Positions 52,285 through 64,000 of a stretch of DNA of 64,000 bases are shown in pieces. A model generated the notes under the pieces. That model made no database searches. It saw nothing but the letters and a program-made list of their open reading frames with translations, and had not been told where the DNA came from. How positions within the stretch are numbered: the first letter of the stretch is position 1; each line of letters starts with the position of its first letter. The translations under genes were made by a program, and so were the position numbers. This DNA is from Octopus vulgaris (taxonomy: Eukaryota), in NCBI GenBank assembly GCA_951406725.2, contig OX597821.1, forward strand, positions 61,318,001 to 61,382,000. The letters run 5' to 3'.

Positions 52285-52506
52285 GTTGATTTAATCACAA
52301 TGAGTAAAGAAATTATAAGATATAGATTTGTATTTATAAATATATCAATCTGTCTATATCATATATGTATCATATATATTATAAGTATGTATATATATCT
52401 ATATACATATATGCATGCATACATATATGTATATCTATATTACTCTCTCTGTATTGCACTCACTCTGCCTGTCTCCCTGTCTTTCTCTCTCTCGCTCTCT
52501 CTCTCT

Positions 52507-52581
<75 letters not shown>

Positions 52582-54894
52582 GTTATTTATTTATTTAAAA
52601 TTATGTGGCAAACATCAGTGGTGTAAAGGCAAATTTTGGATGGAATATATACTGCAGGGATTAAAACAATAAAATACATTACTTTAGCATAATCTCTTCT
52701 TAATTCCAATATTTTATTCGAAAATTGAAATTGCCATCGTTAATCCAAGCAGAAATATATTACATCCATGTCACTTGGTTTAGATAATAGACAATATTTC
52801 GTGAGCGTATTATTATGACCATTCCTCTACTTTATTGTTCTTCAAACAAATACAAAAATGTTGTAGCCTTTTGCAATTACAGTACATTGTGAACAGAATT
52901 GTTTTGAATATGAGTGAAATGAAAGCATTGTTATATTACCATACCATGTTACTGACTTTCTCGCAAGACAGTAATATTATAAGTACGCATGATTTTAACA
53001 CAACATAATGTACTTCACTATAACAACTATTCAATATCCACGAATCGATATATCGATGAGTCTACAAATCAAACGAATACTACTATTCAAGCCATACAGA
53101 TTTTATTCTATGTTGATACCAGGACAAAATTTAGAATGCCTTGAAAGCTTCATATAACAGCAAACTAACGAAAGCCAAAACAGATTAATATAATTAAAAC
53201 CTGTAGTAAAATACTATATTACATACATAATAATAGCTATAAAACATAACTATATAAAAGTGCAATGAAAAGATGAGGTTAGTTAAATGAAGTGACTAAC
53301 AAAACAATTTAAGACATAATTATAAAAGATCAATGAATGTGATATAACCATAAACGTATTTCTAATTTGGAATTTGGTGGAGAATATACGTAAAACAAAC
53401 ACACACAAGTTATAAACTTTACCGGAAAAGCCTTTATGGACAGACAAATTTAACGATAGAAAAGGCTAATTTTGGATGTCAGTTCTTGAAAATTCTCGTA
53501 GCACATAATAAGACATCTGGAGGCAGATGTCGAGTACATTTATAGAAATATCAATTACAATATAGACAGTATCGCTAGAGCCAGATGATTATAAGTTGCA
53601 ATATGAATGAGAGCTAGCTCATAAAAAATATTAAAATATTCGTGATACGTAAACGATAATGGAAGAATATATGTACACATATTTGAGGAACTAACCAAAA
53701 TATTCTGGCCTACAATAAACCTTTGGCAATATGATAGAAATGTAATGTAAATGAGTAGGAAAGAAATGCATTGCAGCGTAAACCGAAAAATCTGTCATTA
53801 ACATTGAAGTTGCGTGTGAAGACAAACCAGCCCATGAGAAATATGTTATAACAACTCTGATATTGACATTGTAAACATATATTTATAGTTCAGCAACACA
53901 ACAGAATAAAATGCATCTACCAATCAGTGCAGTTTTCTTGTGTATGGGAATTTTACATTCTGTATATCATGAAATATATAAAAAGATATTAGCCTCACAG
54001 TTTTTGAGCTAACGTTAATATTTTGATGTTATATTATTCAATGGAATTTTGTCTGAGAGAAAGCAACTACGCATATCGTTGAAGGCAGAATTGGTATGTG
54101 ATGCGAATTTATTGGCTAGGACGGTTTGATTTAGTTAAGGGCACTAGAGAAGATCGAGAAAATACCAAGCTACAGAAGTCTTAATTGTTTCAAAGTTTTT
54201 TCTTAGAAACGTTCACTAGTCCCATATAAGGAATATCAAGAAGTTTGGGATACAAAATACAATTTCAAAGAGAGCTCCCTGTACTTATTTTACGACGCAT
54301 GCTTCTATGCCTTTACAGAAGCAGAATTGGATATTGAATATATAAGTGCAGTGGTGGCCGATATAATGCTTATGGTATATTTCAACGATTCGACAAGACA
54401 AATCTTACTATTCATATATGAACATGCAATTTTATAATTTTGTTCATCCTAGATAATATGTGCATGCCATCTGCTCTCAGTAAAAGACCAAGAATTGAAA
54501 ATGCATATCTAGAAGCCAAATATGGTCATCTACGAAGTGGTTCAGGCTTCAAAAAATTGCAGTCGCATCTCTTTCAAACCATACCCTTCTATAATGTAGT
54601 CCTACATAAAGTAAAACATGTTGAGCACAGCTAGCATGTAATTCATCATAGGTCTATAAATACGTATAATAATTTAAGAATCATGTGCAGATAACTAAAT
54701 ACGTAGGATTTTCTGTTATCTCGCTACTTTTGTACTGGAAATGAACGGGATGTATAGATATATTCATGTACTGAATTGTTAAATCTAAAATCATTCTTCA
54801 CTGGAGCAGAATTGACAATACTAATTCACGTATAATACTTCAATTAAAGCTGGTTGGGAATCTCCTCATAAAGTCAATATTCAGTAAAATCTGT

Positions 54895-55280
54895 GAGGCA
54901 TGGTTGCTTCCCAACCACATGGTCCCGTGTTCAATCCTACTGCGTGGCACATTGGGTAGGTATCTTCTATAGCCACGGGCCGACCAAAGTCTTGTGATTT
55001 GATTTGGTAGACGGAAACTGAAAGAAGTTTGTCGTATATATGTACATTTATATATATTTATTTATCTGAAAGAATAAGTACCAGACTTAGAAAGAATAAA
55101 TATATATACATATATACAACGGGTGTCTTTCAGTTTCCGTCTACCAAATCCACTCACAAGGCTTTGGTCGGCCCGAGGCTATAGTTGAAGACACTTGTCC
55201 AAGGCACCATGCAGTGGGACCGAACCCGGAACCATATGGTTGGTTAGCAACCCACTTACCACACAGCCACTCCTGCGCCT
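54895..55280. mobile_element. Two CORE-type SINE 5' halves in convergent (inverted) orientation
   Basis: Plus copy ~54895-55035 and minus copy ~55118-55280 cover the same head/CORE region, ~80 bp apart. Confidence 0.85.
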
Positions 55281-58200
55281 ATAATGACTAATATTGCTGA
55301 GAAAAAACTAGTAATATACAGCATTACTTTTTCTCTGGATACGGATATATAATAATTGGTGACAATTTCTCAATTATTCATGTAGTTGCTTCATTATTTT
55401 CACTAAAATATACGAATGTACCACATGCTAAGAAACCCTTTAAGCTATCTGAAGTACACAAATATATCGGTGAATATTCTATACAATATTTCTTCAACGA
55501 AATACAAAATACTTGATAAGAGGTTATTTCCTATTTCTGCATTTTCAAATTAATGTATTGCCACCTAATTAGAAATTGCAGGCGTCTGAAGCTGATAATT
55601 GTAGAATGAAGACTTTTGAATAATTTTATGGCTAGAAATAGTGACATAATTACAGGCTTGACATACTAAAATACTGAATAGGTATTTAAACCTTCTACTT
55701 ATGTAACACATATAGTTTTACATGTGTGGCCCCCATCTTGCTGTGACTAAATAATTCATTAAATTATAGTGCAAAAGGTTTAGTTTTTTTAGAAAAGCGT
55801 GTACTATTGACACATTCTCAAGTATATCATCTGCATGACACAATGTGTAGCAAAACAGGAATTCTGTGTTATATATATATAATCCACAGATAATGAAAGA
55901 GAGAAATATCAACGTGAACAATGGACTGGTAATACATATATCAATTCCCCGAAAGGAGTAAATACAAACACCTCTCTAATATTTGAACTTATAGCATAAA
56001 TGCTTGAACGGATACCGAAAAGCTATCTTCTAAGGTTTTAATCACAAAATTCGTTGCGTTTATTGCACCACTGAATTTTCTATGTCTATCAGCACACTTT
56101 CACGCTTTTCAAAGTCTCAGCTTTAGCCTGCTTTGATTTCGGTATTTATTGCAAGAACTATCAATTTGTTCATCAGCAAAAAGGAATATGTAAATATTCT
56201 GAAAGATAATACTACACAGTTATAAATTAAGCTATTTATATAGATAAATGCACAAATAATAACTTCATACATATCCATAATAGGTAGGAAAGGGGTGTTT
56301 AGTTCAGCATATATTGTCGGAACTATATGACTACACAAACATGATATTGCTCTCCGTCCCTCACTCAAGATATGCTCCATCATACCAATCGCTAAAAGTG
56401 TAGATGAACAGTACTACTGGGACATTAAAATGAAGTATATACCGTGCAATTCTGTCGTTATAGACAGAGCAAAAACATTGAGAAATTAATGAAAGATCTA
56501 GAATTCAGCTAGTGAAAATGAAGTGTTGCATGTATGTCTAAATGTACACACACACACACACACATATTGTTTATACTTATCTGAACTGTAATTATACAAG
56601 CTAGGGAAAGTAGGTACTGAATTCATTTGTTTTCCATAAATTAGATAGATTTCATATTAACATGCTCTAGTTTTTCCAGGTGATGTTTGCCTTCAATGCA
56701 TTGGTTTTGTGATTCTATTAAAGTGCATGAACTATTAAAGAGCACAACTATATCCCTAGAACTTCATCAGCCAATTGAGTTTTCTAAATGTATAATACAC
56801 TGTTCATTTTGCCCAAAAAAAAGGCGTAATCAGTTAGATTATTTAAGATAGACAGACGAATTCTGATGTAGGAAAGGAAAACGCTCGATCAGATAAGTCA
56901 GAAAATTACACTTCGAATCATTATTATTTGCCTGAAATTCTTCCAATCAGATTACCACCTTTGTAAATACTTAGAACTGTTTATACTAAAGGAAACACTC
57001 TCGAATAAAGAAGTCAGTGAAAAGTTCATACTCTAAAAACACCATGATACCTTTGTTTGAAAAGCAAAATAAGAACATCCGTTATAAATTAGTGTTGGTA
57101 AAAGACAATTGACAATAAGTGACCATATATTGATGTAATAAGTTCGTTCAATGTCATTTAAAATATTGTATATTTTCTTTAAGAAATGCAACCATCAGAG
57201 CTACTGGTAATTGAAAAGATGGACCGAAATTGCATGGCTGCACTAAGTATATGAATCCACGCTACTATGGAATGTAGCTAATTTTAATCTGCTTTATATT
57301 TGTAATATAACCAGCAGAAATGTGTTAAAAACTAATTACTGACGCCGCATATCATCTAAATTTGTAAATATTTTCATCTGTATTTTCATATTCAATTTGG
57401 AAGGTCCAAACACAAATGCCATGGTAAAAAAACACTTCAATATTGAAGCCACGTTGCATATGGAGCTAAATTATACAATTAATGAATTTTTACTTTTCAT
57501 TCTCTGGCAATAGTTGTTGAAAAACAGGTATACTTCATGAAAATCTCAGCCATCACATGCTTCCACTCCCAAGCTTAGATTGTTTTAATTCATTTATAAA
57601 GTTTGTACACTTAGGCTCCTCATGATAAAACGATTTACTGCCTCTAACTTAATATACATAAACACGAATGCAAAATATGGTATGTGAAGTAGGAATTTCC
57701 GGACTACGAATTATGCTATTTGTTCAATATAATGTTTATCTCAACAAGAGAAGTATCGTATGCACCAGGCTAAAATTTAAATGAATTACGTTCCAATAAC
57801 AATATTTTATATTATAAACTGTCTGTCAACTCAAGTGTGTTTGATAAAACATGAATAAATATTTGTTTATGTCCCATAAAATCAGTTTAAAATTGAAGCG
57901 GAATAGAATTAAATGTTTTCGGTAGCAAAATACAATTTACTTTTAGTATACTAACTTCTATATATAATACATACATAGATACATATATATATTTCTTCTT
58001 CTTCCAAGTAAGTTTTATATATATATATATATACACGCACACACACACACATATATGTGTGTGTGTATCTTTAAGATATCAGATACTCTAAATGCAAATA
58101 ATTGTTTTATAGTCAGTAACTTGGATGATATGAATTTTATTAATTTTACACAAGGTGAAATGATTACATATATTAGCATTTTGTATAAAGAATGCCTTTG

Positions 58201-59209
58201 ATTTCCGCATTTATTGACATTTATTGCATATTTCTTAGAGTTTAATATATTTTCGTCATGTATTGGCTTTCATTCAAATGGATTTAATAAATTTATTTTT
58301 TATTTGAAATACTATTTTCTTGAATAAAGACTTCAATATGCTCGACCGTGAATATTTATTTGGCGTAGTTATTTAGACAAAGGTTAGTACTGCCAAAGCA
58401 AATCTATGATCATCCCATCATTTATCCAGACATTTTATCAATAGCTGCATTATTCAAAGCGTTCTTTTAAGATTATAGCTTGAGGTTTGATAACGATAGA
58501 CGGCGTACAGACCACATTGTTGGCTCAGTGGCTAATAAGCATTTATTGAGTAATGCGATAGTTTCACGTATAATTAGCAAATAAAGTTTAATCCTCTGGG
58601 ATTACTCAAGTAATTAATGGACAAATAAATGCCTTTATGTGTAAATCAAATCTCATACAAAGCAAACGAACAAAGGTATTAATTCCCACAAAATCAGATG
58701 ATTACATTTTTGAAAATATAGGCAATACATATTTCACTGGATATGGTGTTCAAAGTTAATTGTGGCAGTAACTGGTAGGTTTTAGATGGATTAGAACTCA
58801 TTAGCTAAGTATATACTAGTCAGCTCGCATTGATAAGTAAGATAAACAGTAAAATTGTTAATATTGTGAATATTAAGCGTAAGCCTGAGTAATAATGCCA
58901 CACATGGATTTATGCATATTACATAGATATACAGTACGGTTTCACATATATAATATTAGCGTGGTACTTCGACATGTTCAGGCTACTAAACTAAATTAAA
59001 CACATGGGTTCGCTGTTTTTCTTTATAATTCTAAGTTAAAGACATTCACTGACGACAGATTGTCTGCGAGAGACGTGCTACATTTTCGAAAATATCAAGA
59101 AAAGTTCCTGTAAAACAAATACTTACTCTCCCCACACACAGATATATATATATATACATTCCCATTATATAATAAGATAGTGAACTGAAAATCTTCCGTC
59201 TGCCTAGAT

Positions 59210-59420
59210 TACTCTTTTGCTTCTTTTAATTGTTTCATTTCGATTCTGGCCATGCTGAAGATTGCCTTGTAGTCGAAGAAATCGACCCCTGGACTTATTC
59301 TTTGTAAACCTGGTACTTACTCTATTTTCTCTTTTGCCTAACCGCTAATTTCAAGGGACGTAAGCACACTAACATCGGTTGTCAATCGATGATGGGGGAC
59401 AAACACAGACACAAACACAA
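59210..59420 (-). mobile_element. CORE-type SINE, 3' half
   Basis: Aligns to 14839-15070. Confidence 0.8.
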
Positions 59421-59599
59421 ACAAACATACACATTCACACACATACACATATCAGTCTCCTTCCATACGTATATACACGTTCTCACATACATACGCACAC
59501 GCACCTTTGTTTTGGGATCACCACTACTTTATTAGCTCCCCTTCCTCCTAGCTCTCCTGTGTGACCCCTCTGTCGGCATTCACTATGATTGATCGCTAG

Positions 59600-59735
59600 C
59601 CACTAAAGCTTTTTCTATTTTCTCTCCTTGTTTATTTCTGTGTTCCTTTCTATCGAAGAGAGTAGGCTCGAAACGTAAATGACTTTCTCACTTCCCAAGC
59701 GTTAAGCTAATACATATGTTTGCTGTTTACACACC
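59600..59735 (+). mobile_element. TA-flanked short repeat with hammerhead-like motif (GAGC/GCTC stem II family)
   Basis: TTT-CTATCGA-A-GAGA-gtag-GCTC-GAAA-CG-TA-AA at 59647-59679, then AAGCGTTAAGCTAAT. Confidence 0.65.
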
Positions 59736-59737
59736 CG

Positions 59738-59828
<91 letters not shown>

Positions 59829-59839
59829 GTGTGTGTGTG

Positions 59840-59892
<53 letters not shown>

Positions 59893-59920
59893 GGGTGTGT
59901 GTGATTGTGTATAGAAGAAT

Positions 59921-60478
59921 ATATTAATAAAAGGAATTCCAACCTTGTCTGTTTTTCATGTTTTATTTACAATAATTAAGGTGCTGACAATGATGATGAT
60001 GACAATTGAAATATAAAAATATAAAAATCTCTGACAAAGGCTATTTACAACATTTCTGAAAATAGCCCCACAATTGCTGCCTCGACCAGGGTTAAGATAC
60101 AGGACTCTTGATATGTCCAACAAAGCGTGACGCCTAAACCAATCAGCTCAACCAACCAATCAGCTTAAGTAACTGAGTGATACTACATACTGAATAGTCA
60201 GAATACAGTTTGCAAAACCTAGCAATCTGGAGCCTACACAGCTGTATTTAAGGCACAGTTTCAATCATCTCGCTACAGTCAAAAATTGTGAAACATGACT
60301 GTCACCACTACTACATGAACCTGAGATTGCAGAATGTAATGCATGAAAGTACTAGTTCAATCAGAATGAACATTTAACATTCTATTATTTTACTTTATTT
60401 TATTATATTATATTATCTTATATCATTATAATATTGTAAATAAAACTTGAAAAACAGACAAGGTTGGAATTCCTTTTA

Positions 60479-60485
<7 letters not shown>
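59921..60485. mobile_element. MITE/foldback-like element with 54-bp TIRs in TA-rich context
   Basis: 59921-59974 vs 60432-60485, 1 mismatch; no ORF. Confidence 0.85.
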
Positions 60486-60514
<29 letters not shown>

Positions 60515-60516
<2 letters not shown>

Positions 60517-61540
60517 CCGTTCCATGCTTGTTTTTACGTTTTCGTTTCGTTGAGTTCTACGTCTATTTGTGGTGTCCTGTACTCACGTATATATATTTAT
60601 ATATGCCTGTTTATATACATGTAGATGTAGGTGCGTACATATATGTATGTATGTATATATTTTATTTATTACACTATTGTATGAATGAGCGCCCTCGCAT
60701 CGATTCGATTCGATTGGCTTTGTTTCGTTTCGTTTCGTTTCTTCTTCTCTAAGCAAGTTTATATATCTAATTATGACGCGAAACTCTATAACTCTTTCTT
60801 CTCTCTTTCTTTCACCCTGTTTGGCTTCCTTCCTCTCTATCTCTCTCTCTCTCTCTCTCTCACTCCTCCTCATTTCTCTCACAGCAGGGTCGACTATCTT
60901 CCTTTCGCTGGCGGCCTCCTTGAAGTAAACATGTTTCTTCCACGCTCGTGAAATTTCCCCTCGTCTAGGCTTATAGGCTCTCATTGTTTGTTTTCCTGTC
61001 CTGTTTTTATTCATTCTTGTACTGTATTTTTTTGTAATTGTATTTTTATTTTGTAATTGTTTTTAATTGTATTGTTTTTACGTCCTGTTTTTGTCACTAT
61101 TTTTTTTCCTTGTTTTTACCCCTCTGTAAAGGAATTTTATTTAATTCTTTCGCAGGAAGGACTAGTTCGACGAGTCGTGTTCTGTCCTCACCTTCGAAAC
61201 ACGCTGGAGTTGAACTAGGGACAGCTGACGAAGGGGATTTTTCCTTGTGTGTTTATCTTGTACTCTGTTTTTTCGTTGTTAAAAAAAGGTCCGTTCCATG
61301 CTTGTTTTTACGTTTTCGTTTCTCGTTGAGTTCTACGTCTATTTGTGGTGTCCTGTACTCACGTATATATATTTATATATGCATGTATATATACATGTAA
61401 ATGTAGGTACGTACATATATGTATGTATGTATGCATATATTTTATTTATTACACTATTGTATGACTGAGCGCCCTCGCGTCGATTCGATTCGATTCGTTT
61501 CGTTTCGTTTCGTTTCTTCGTCTCTAAGCAAGTTTATATA
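60515..61540 (+). mobile_element. ORF-less element with ~250-bp direct terminal repeats (~775-bp period), flanked by (TA)n, containing a hammerhead-like motif
   Basis: 60515-60766 repeated at 61289-61540 with few differences; CTGACGA and GAAA core segments at 61196-61231. Confidence 0.8.
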
Positions 61541-61641
61541 TATATATATATATATTGGAGAAAACCTGAAGATACGTGGCTGCAAAGCGAACTTCTTAAT
61601 TGCGTATCTATGGCTGCCCATATTATAGAAATTAAATAAAA

Positions 61642-61707
61642 ATTCATTAGTCACGCTATGCAAGAGAGCGCGGTATTCATTAGTCACGCTATGCAAGAGA
61701 GCGCGGT
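61642..61707. repeat. Perfect 33-bp tandem duplication
   Basis: ATTCATTAGTCACGCTATGCAAGAGAGCGCGGT at 61642-61674 and 61675-61707. Confidence 0.95.
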
Positions 61708-62225
61708 GCTCCCTTGAAATTCGAACCAACCAAAAGTCATGAAGTTGCGAAGCGAAGTGGTTAATGATTCAGCTAAATTTATTTGTTAAAATTATATTCT
61801 AAGATTTACTTTTGCTTGGAGCCACCGAGATTCCACTAGCCAACTTATTCTTCATTTGTTATATATTTTAGACGCTTGCATTCAAAGTCTGATTACATCT
61901 GCCATCATCAGTGTTTGAGTTATCACAGAAGCCTTTTCTCTACACCAACACTGTGCTCCATTCTATATATATATATATATATTATTTATTGCAGCCACTG
62001 TTCCTACAAATATTTCTTTCTCTAGGCCATAGGTTAATAGTGCCTTATGAATGAGATTGAAGTTATACCGAAATAGAGTACTTCATCATGTGAGTCATTG
62101 GCGAAATTAGTCGAGAATACACTTTAATTATTTTCGAAGTTAGGTGTATTGTTACTGTAACTGCTATTCTTGATTAAAAGATCAATCATTATTGAGCGCA
62201 AAGAGTAGAAATAACAGTAGAAATA

Positions 62226-62240
62226 TGTAGTAGTAGTATT

Positions 62241-62337
<97 letters not shown>

Positions 62338-62370
62338 GTAGTAGTAGTAGTAGTAGTAGAAGTAGTAGTA
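62226..62370. repeat. Compound (TAG)n/(TAT)n microsatellite
   Basis: Direct reading. Confidence 0.98.
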
Positions 62371-63519
62371 ACGTAATATAGACATGAAGATTTAAACATC
62401 ATCATATTAACTGTTAATTTGTTAGATCGTGTTTTCCTGCTAAAAATATAAATCAATACAAGAAGTTCATGCGGTCAAGTTGGCTTTAGTTGCCTTTGAC
62501 ACAAAATAACTAAAAACAAGTAACATTAACATCATTTCTCATTTATTATTTTCCAGTTCATGTCTTTACTTCTCTGTACGAATGGTAATCGATAATATCG
62601 CTGTATTTATCTAAGGTTTTACTTTTGAGTGGAGTTTAAACAAACTAAAGAAGGAAAAATAGATGATACTCCAAATGAATATTTTTCATTTCGAAAATAA
62701 TCCCAAGTAGTACATGTTCCAACCAATGCCGCCCCGCTGCGAATTATTCTGCACTGAAAATAGTTAACTATTGGTGACGTTGCAGCAACCTCAGTCAAAG
62801 TTGAGTTATAAGTGCAGAGAACAATCATGATTTATTTATTTGAGAGAAATAATTAACATTCATTAATTTATTGGCGAACATTAACGAGAAAAGTTCATGT
62901 AGAGGTGAGAATCGTTCAGATTAAATATTTGTGTAAGGATCTAGGAACAGTAATAATTACAAGACAACAAGTACGTGAAGAATAAGCAACAACAACAACA
63001 ACAAATGTAACAACTAAAATAAACACTTTTGAGTTTGTTTAACAGTAAATTAATGGAGCTCACGAGGCAAATTAACTGCGTGACAGCAGTGGAATGACAG
63101 TGGAATAAAGCTCTTCATTTGATGTACAAATATGCTCGGAAACGGTTCACTTAGGTATTAGAAGAGCCATTCAAGGAACATAGAAACGTTAATTATATAT
63201 AGTATGTAGTGTCATGCAACTTAAATCATATATTTAGTAGGTAGCGTCTCTTTCTACAAAGCCTACATTTCGAGTAGAGCTGTTATACAACTGGATGCTA
63301 ATTCTGTAGAGTAGTTGTTGCGTGGTGTATACTAACTTACCGACTATGTAATGCATGCAGTAAGTGGTATGTAAGATTGGTACAGGGCTAAGAAGTGCAT
63401 ACTGTGTGATTTATTTAAATCAAATAAAAGGTTGCTCTTCAGTATGTAGTGTAGCATGTCCTACCAGAGTTTTCAATTTTTCATACACGTTCGTCTTTAT
63501 CATAGCTGGTACACCAAAT

Positions 63520-63812
63520 ATATTCGGCTTGCGATTGTAAGCTCGTGAGTTCAATTCCCGGCGACGCGTTGTGTCCTTGAACAAGACACTTTATTTCACG
63601 TTTCTCCAGTCCACCCAACTGGCAAAAAATGAGTTGTACCTGTATTTCAAAGGGCAGGCCTTGTCACACTCTGTCACGCTGAATCTCCCTGAGAACTACG
63701 TTAGAGGTACACGTGTCTGTGGAATGCTCAACCACTTGCACGTTAATTTCACGAGCAAGCTGTTCCGTTGATTGTATCAGCTGGGACCCTCGTCGTCGTA
63801 ACTGACGGAGTG
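63520..63812 (+). mobile_element. tRNA-derived SINE family A, nearly full length
   Basis: GAGTTCAATTCC B box, GTGTCCTTGAACAAGACAC core, tail ending GTCGTAACTGACGGAGTG; matches 168-393 and 21695-21750. Confidence 0.9.
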
Positions 63813-63819
63813 AAGAGAA

Positions 63820-64000
63820 TCAACGTCAAAGGTCAAGCGAGCGTTCTGGATGTTTTGAGATTGAATATGACCAAGCTTTTGGCAAACGTTGATGCAATAT
63901 CTCTGCTCTATGCGTACGGTAAAAACGAAAATCCGACGAGCGCGTCATTATTCTCATCGTAACAGTCGGTAACCGACGTAGCCTTCTGGCCCGAATATTT
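63820..64000 (-). mobile_element. Mariner 5' fragment (transposase N-terminus), continues beyond window
   Basis: Minus strand RIEQRYCINVCQKLGHIQSQNIQ resembles the EQR..IKFC.KLG N-terminal motif of mariner transposases. Confidence 0.6.

Noticed and set aside
61642-61707. 33-bp repeats as a CRISPR array
   Set aside because: Two adjacent copies with no spacer in eukaryotic DNA; a simple tandem duplication.
62619-62828. 69-aa ORF or possible exon with an acceptor-like TTTTCAG on the minus strand
   Set aside because: No recognisable protein motif and no convincing donor site; needs RNA-seq.

Overview
AT-rich, microsatellite-dense eukaryotic DNA, most likely an intronic or intergenic stretch of an octopus-like (coleoid cephalopod) genome; this assignment is inferred from the repeat families only. 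No host protein-coding gene, RNA gene or CRISPR array is supportable, and most ORFs in the track are translations of microsatellites. The window is a mosaic of decayed mobile elements: three groups of tRNA-derived SINEs (CORE-type, Nin/Deu-type, and a modular group with a V/Meta-like segment), CR1/L2-group, RTE and R4/Dong LINE fragments, Penelope-like elements (RT + GIY-YIG), three mariner relics, and a Chapaev3-type DNA transposon with intact ends. The most interesting signal is a set of short, ORF-less, (TA)n-associated repeats carrying hammerhead-ribozyme-like motifs with non-canonical cores (U3-A8, U4C, A6U). One motif (61176-61236) has its three hammerhead strands in reversed, non-circularly-permuted order inside a ~775-bp terminally redundant unit. 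All structures were read by eye and none is shown to cleave.
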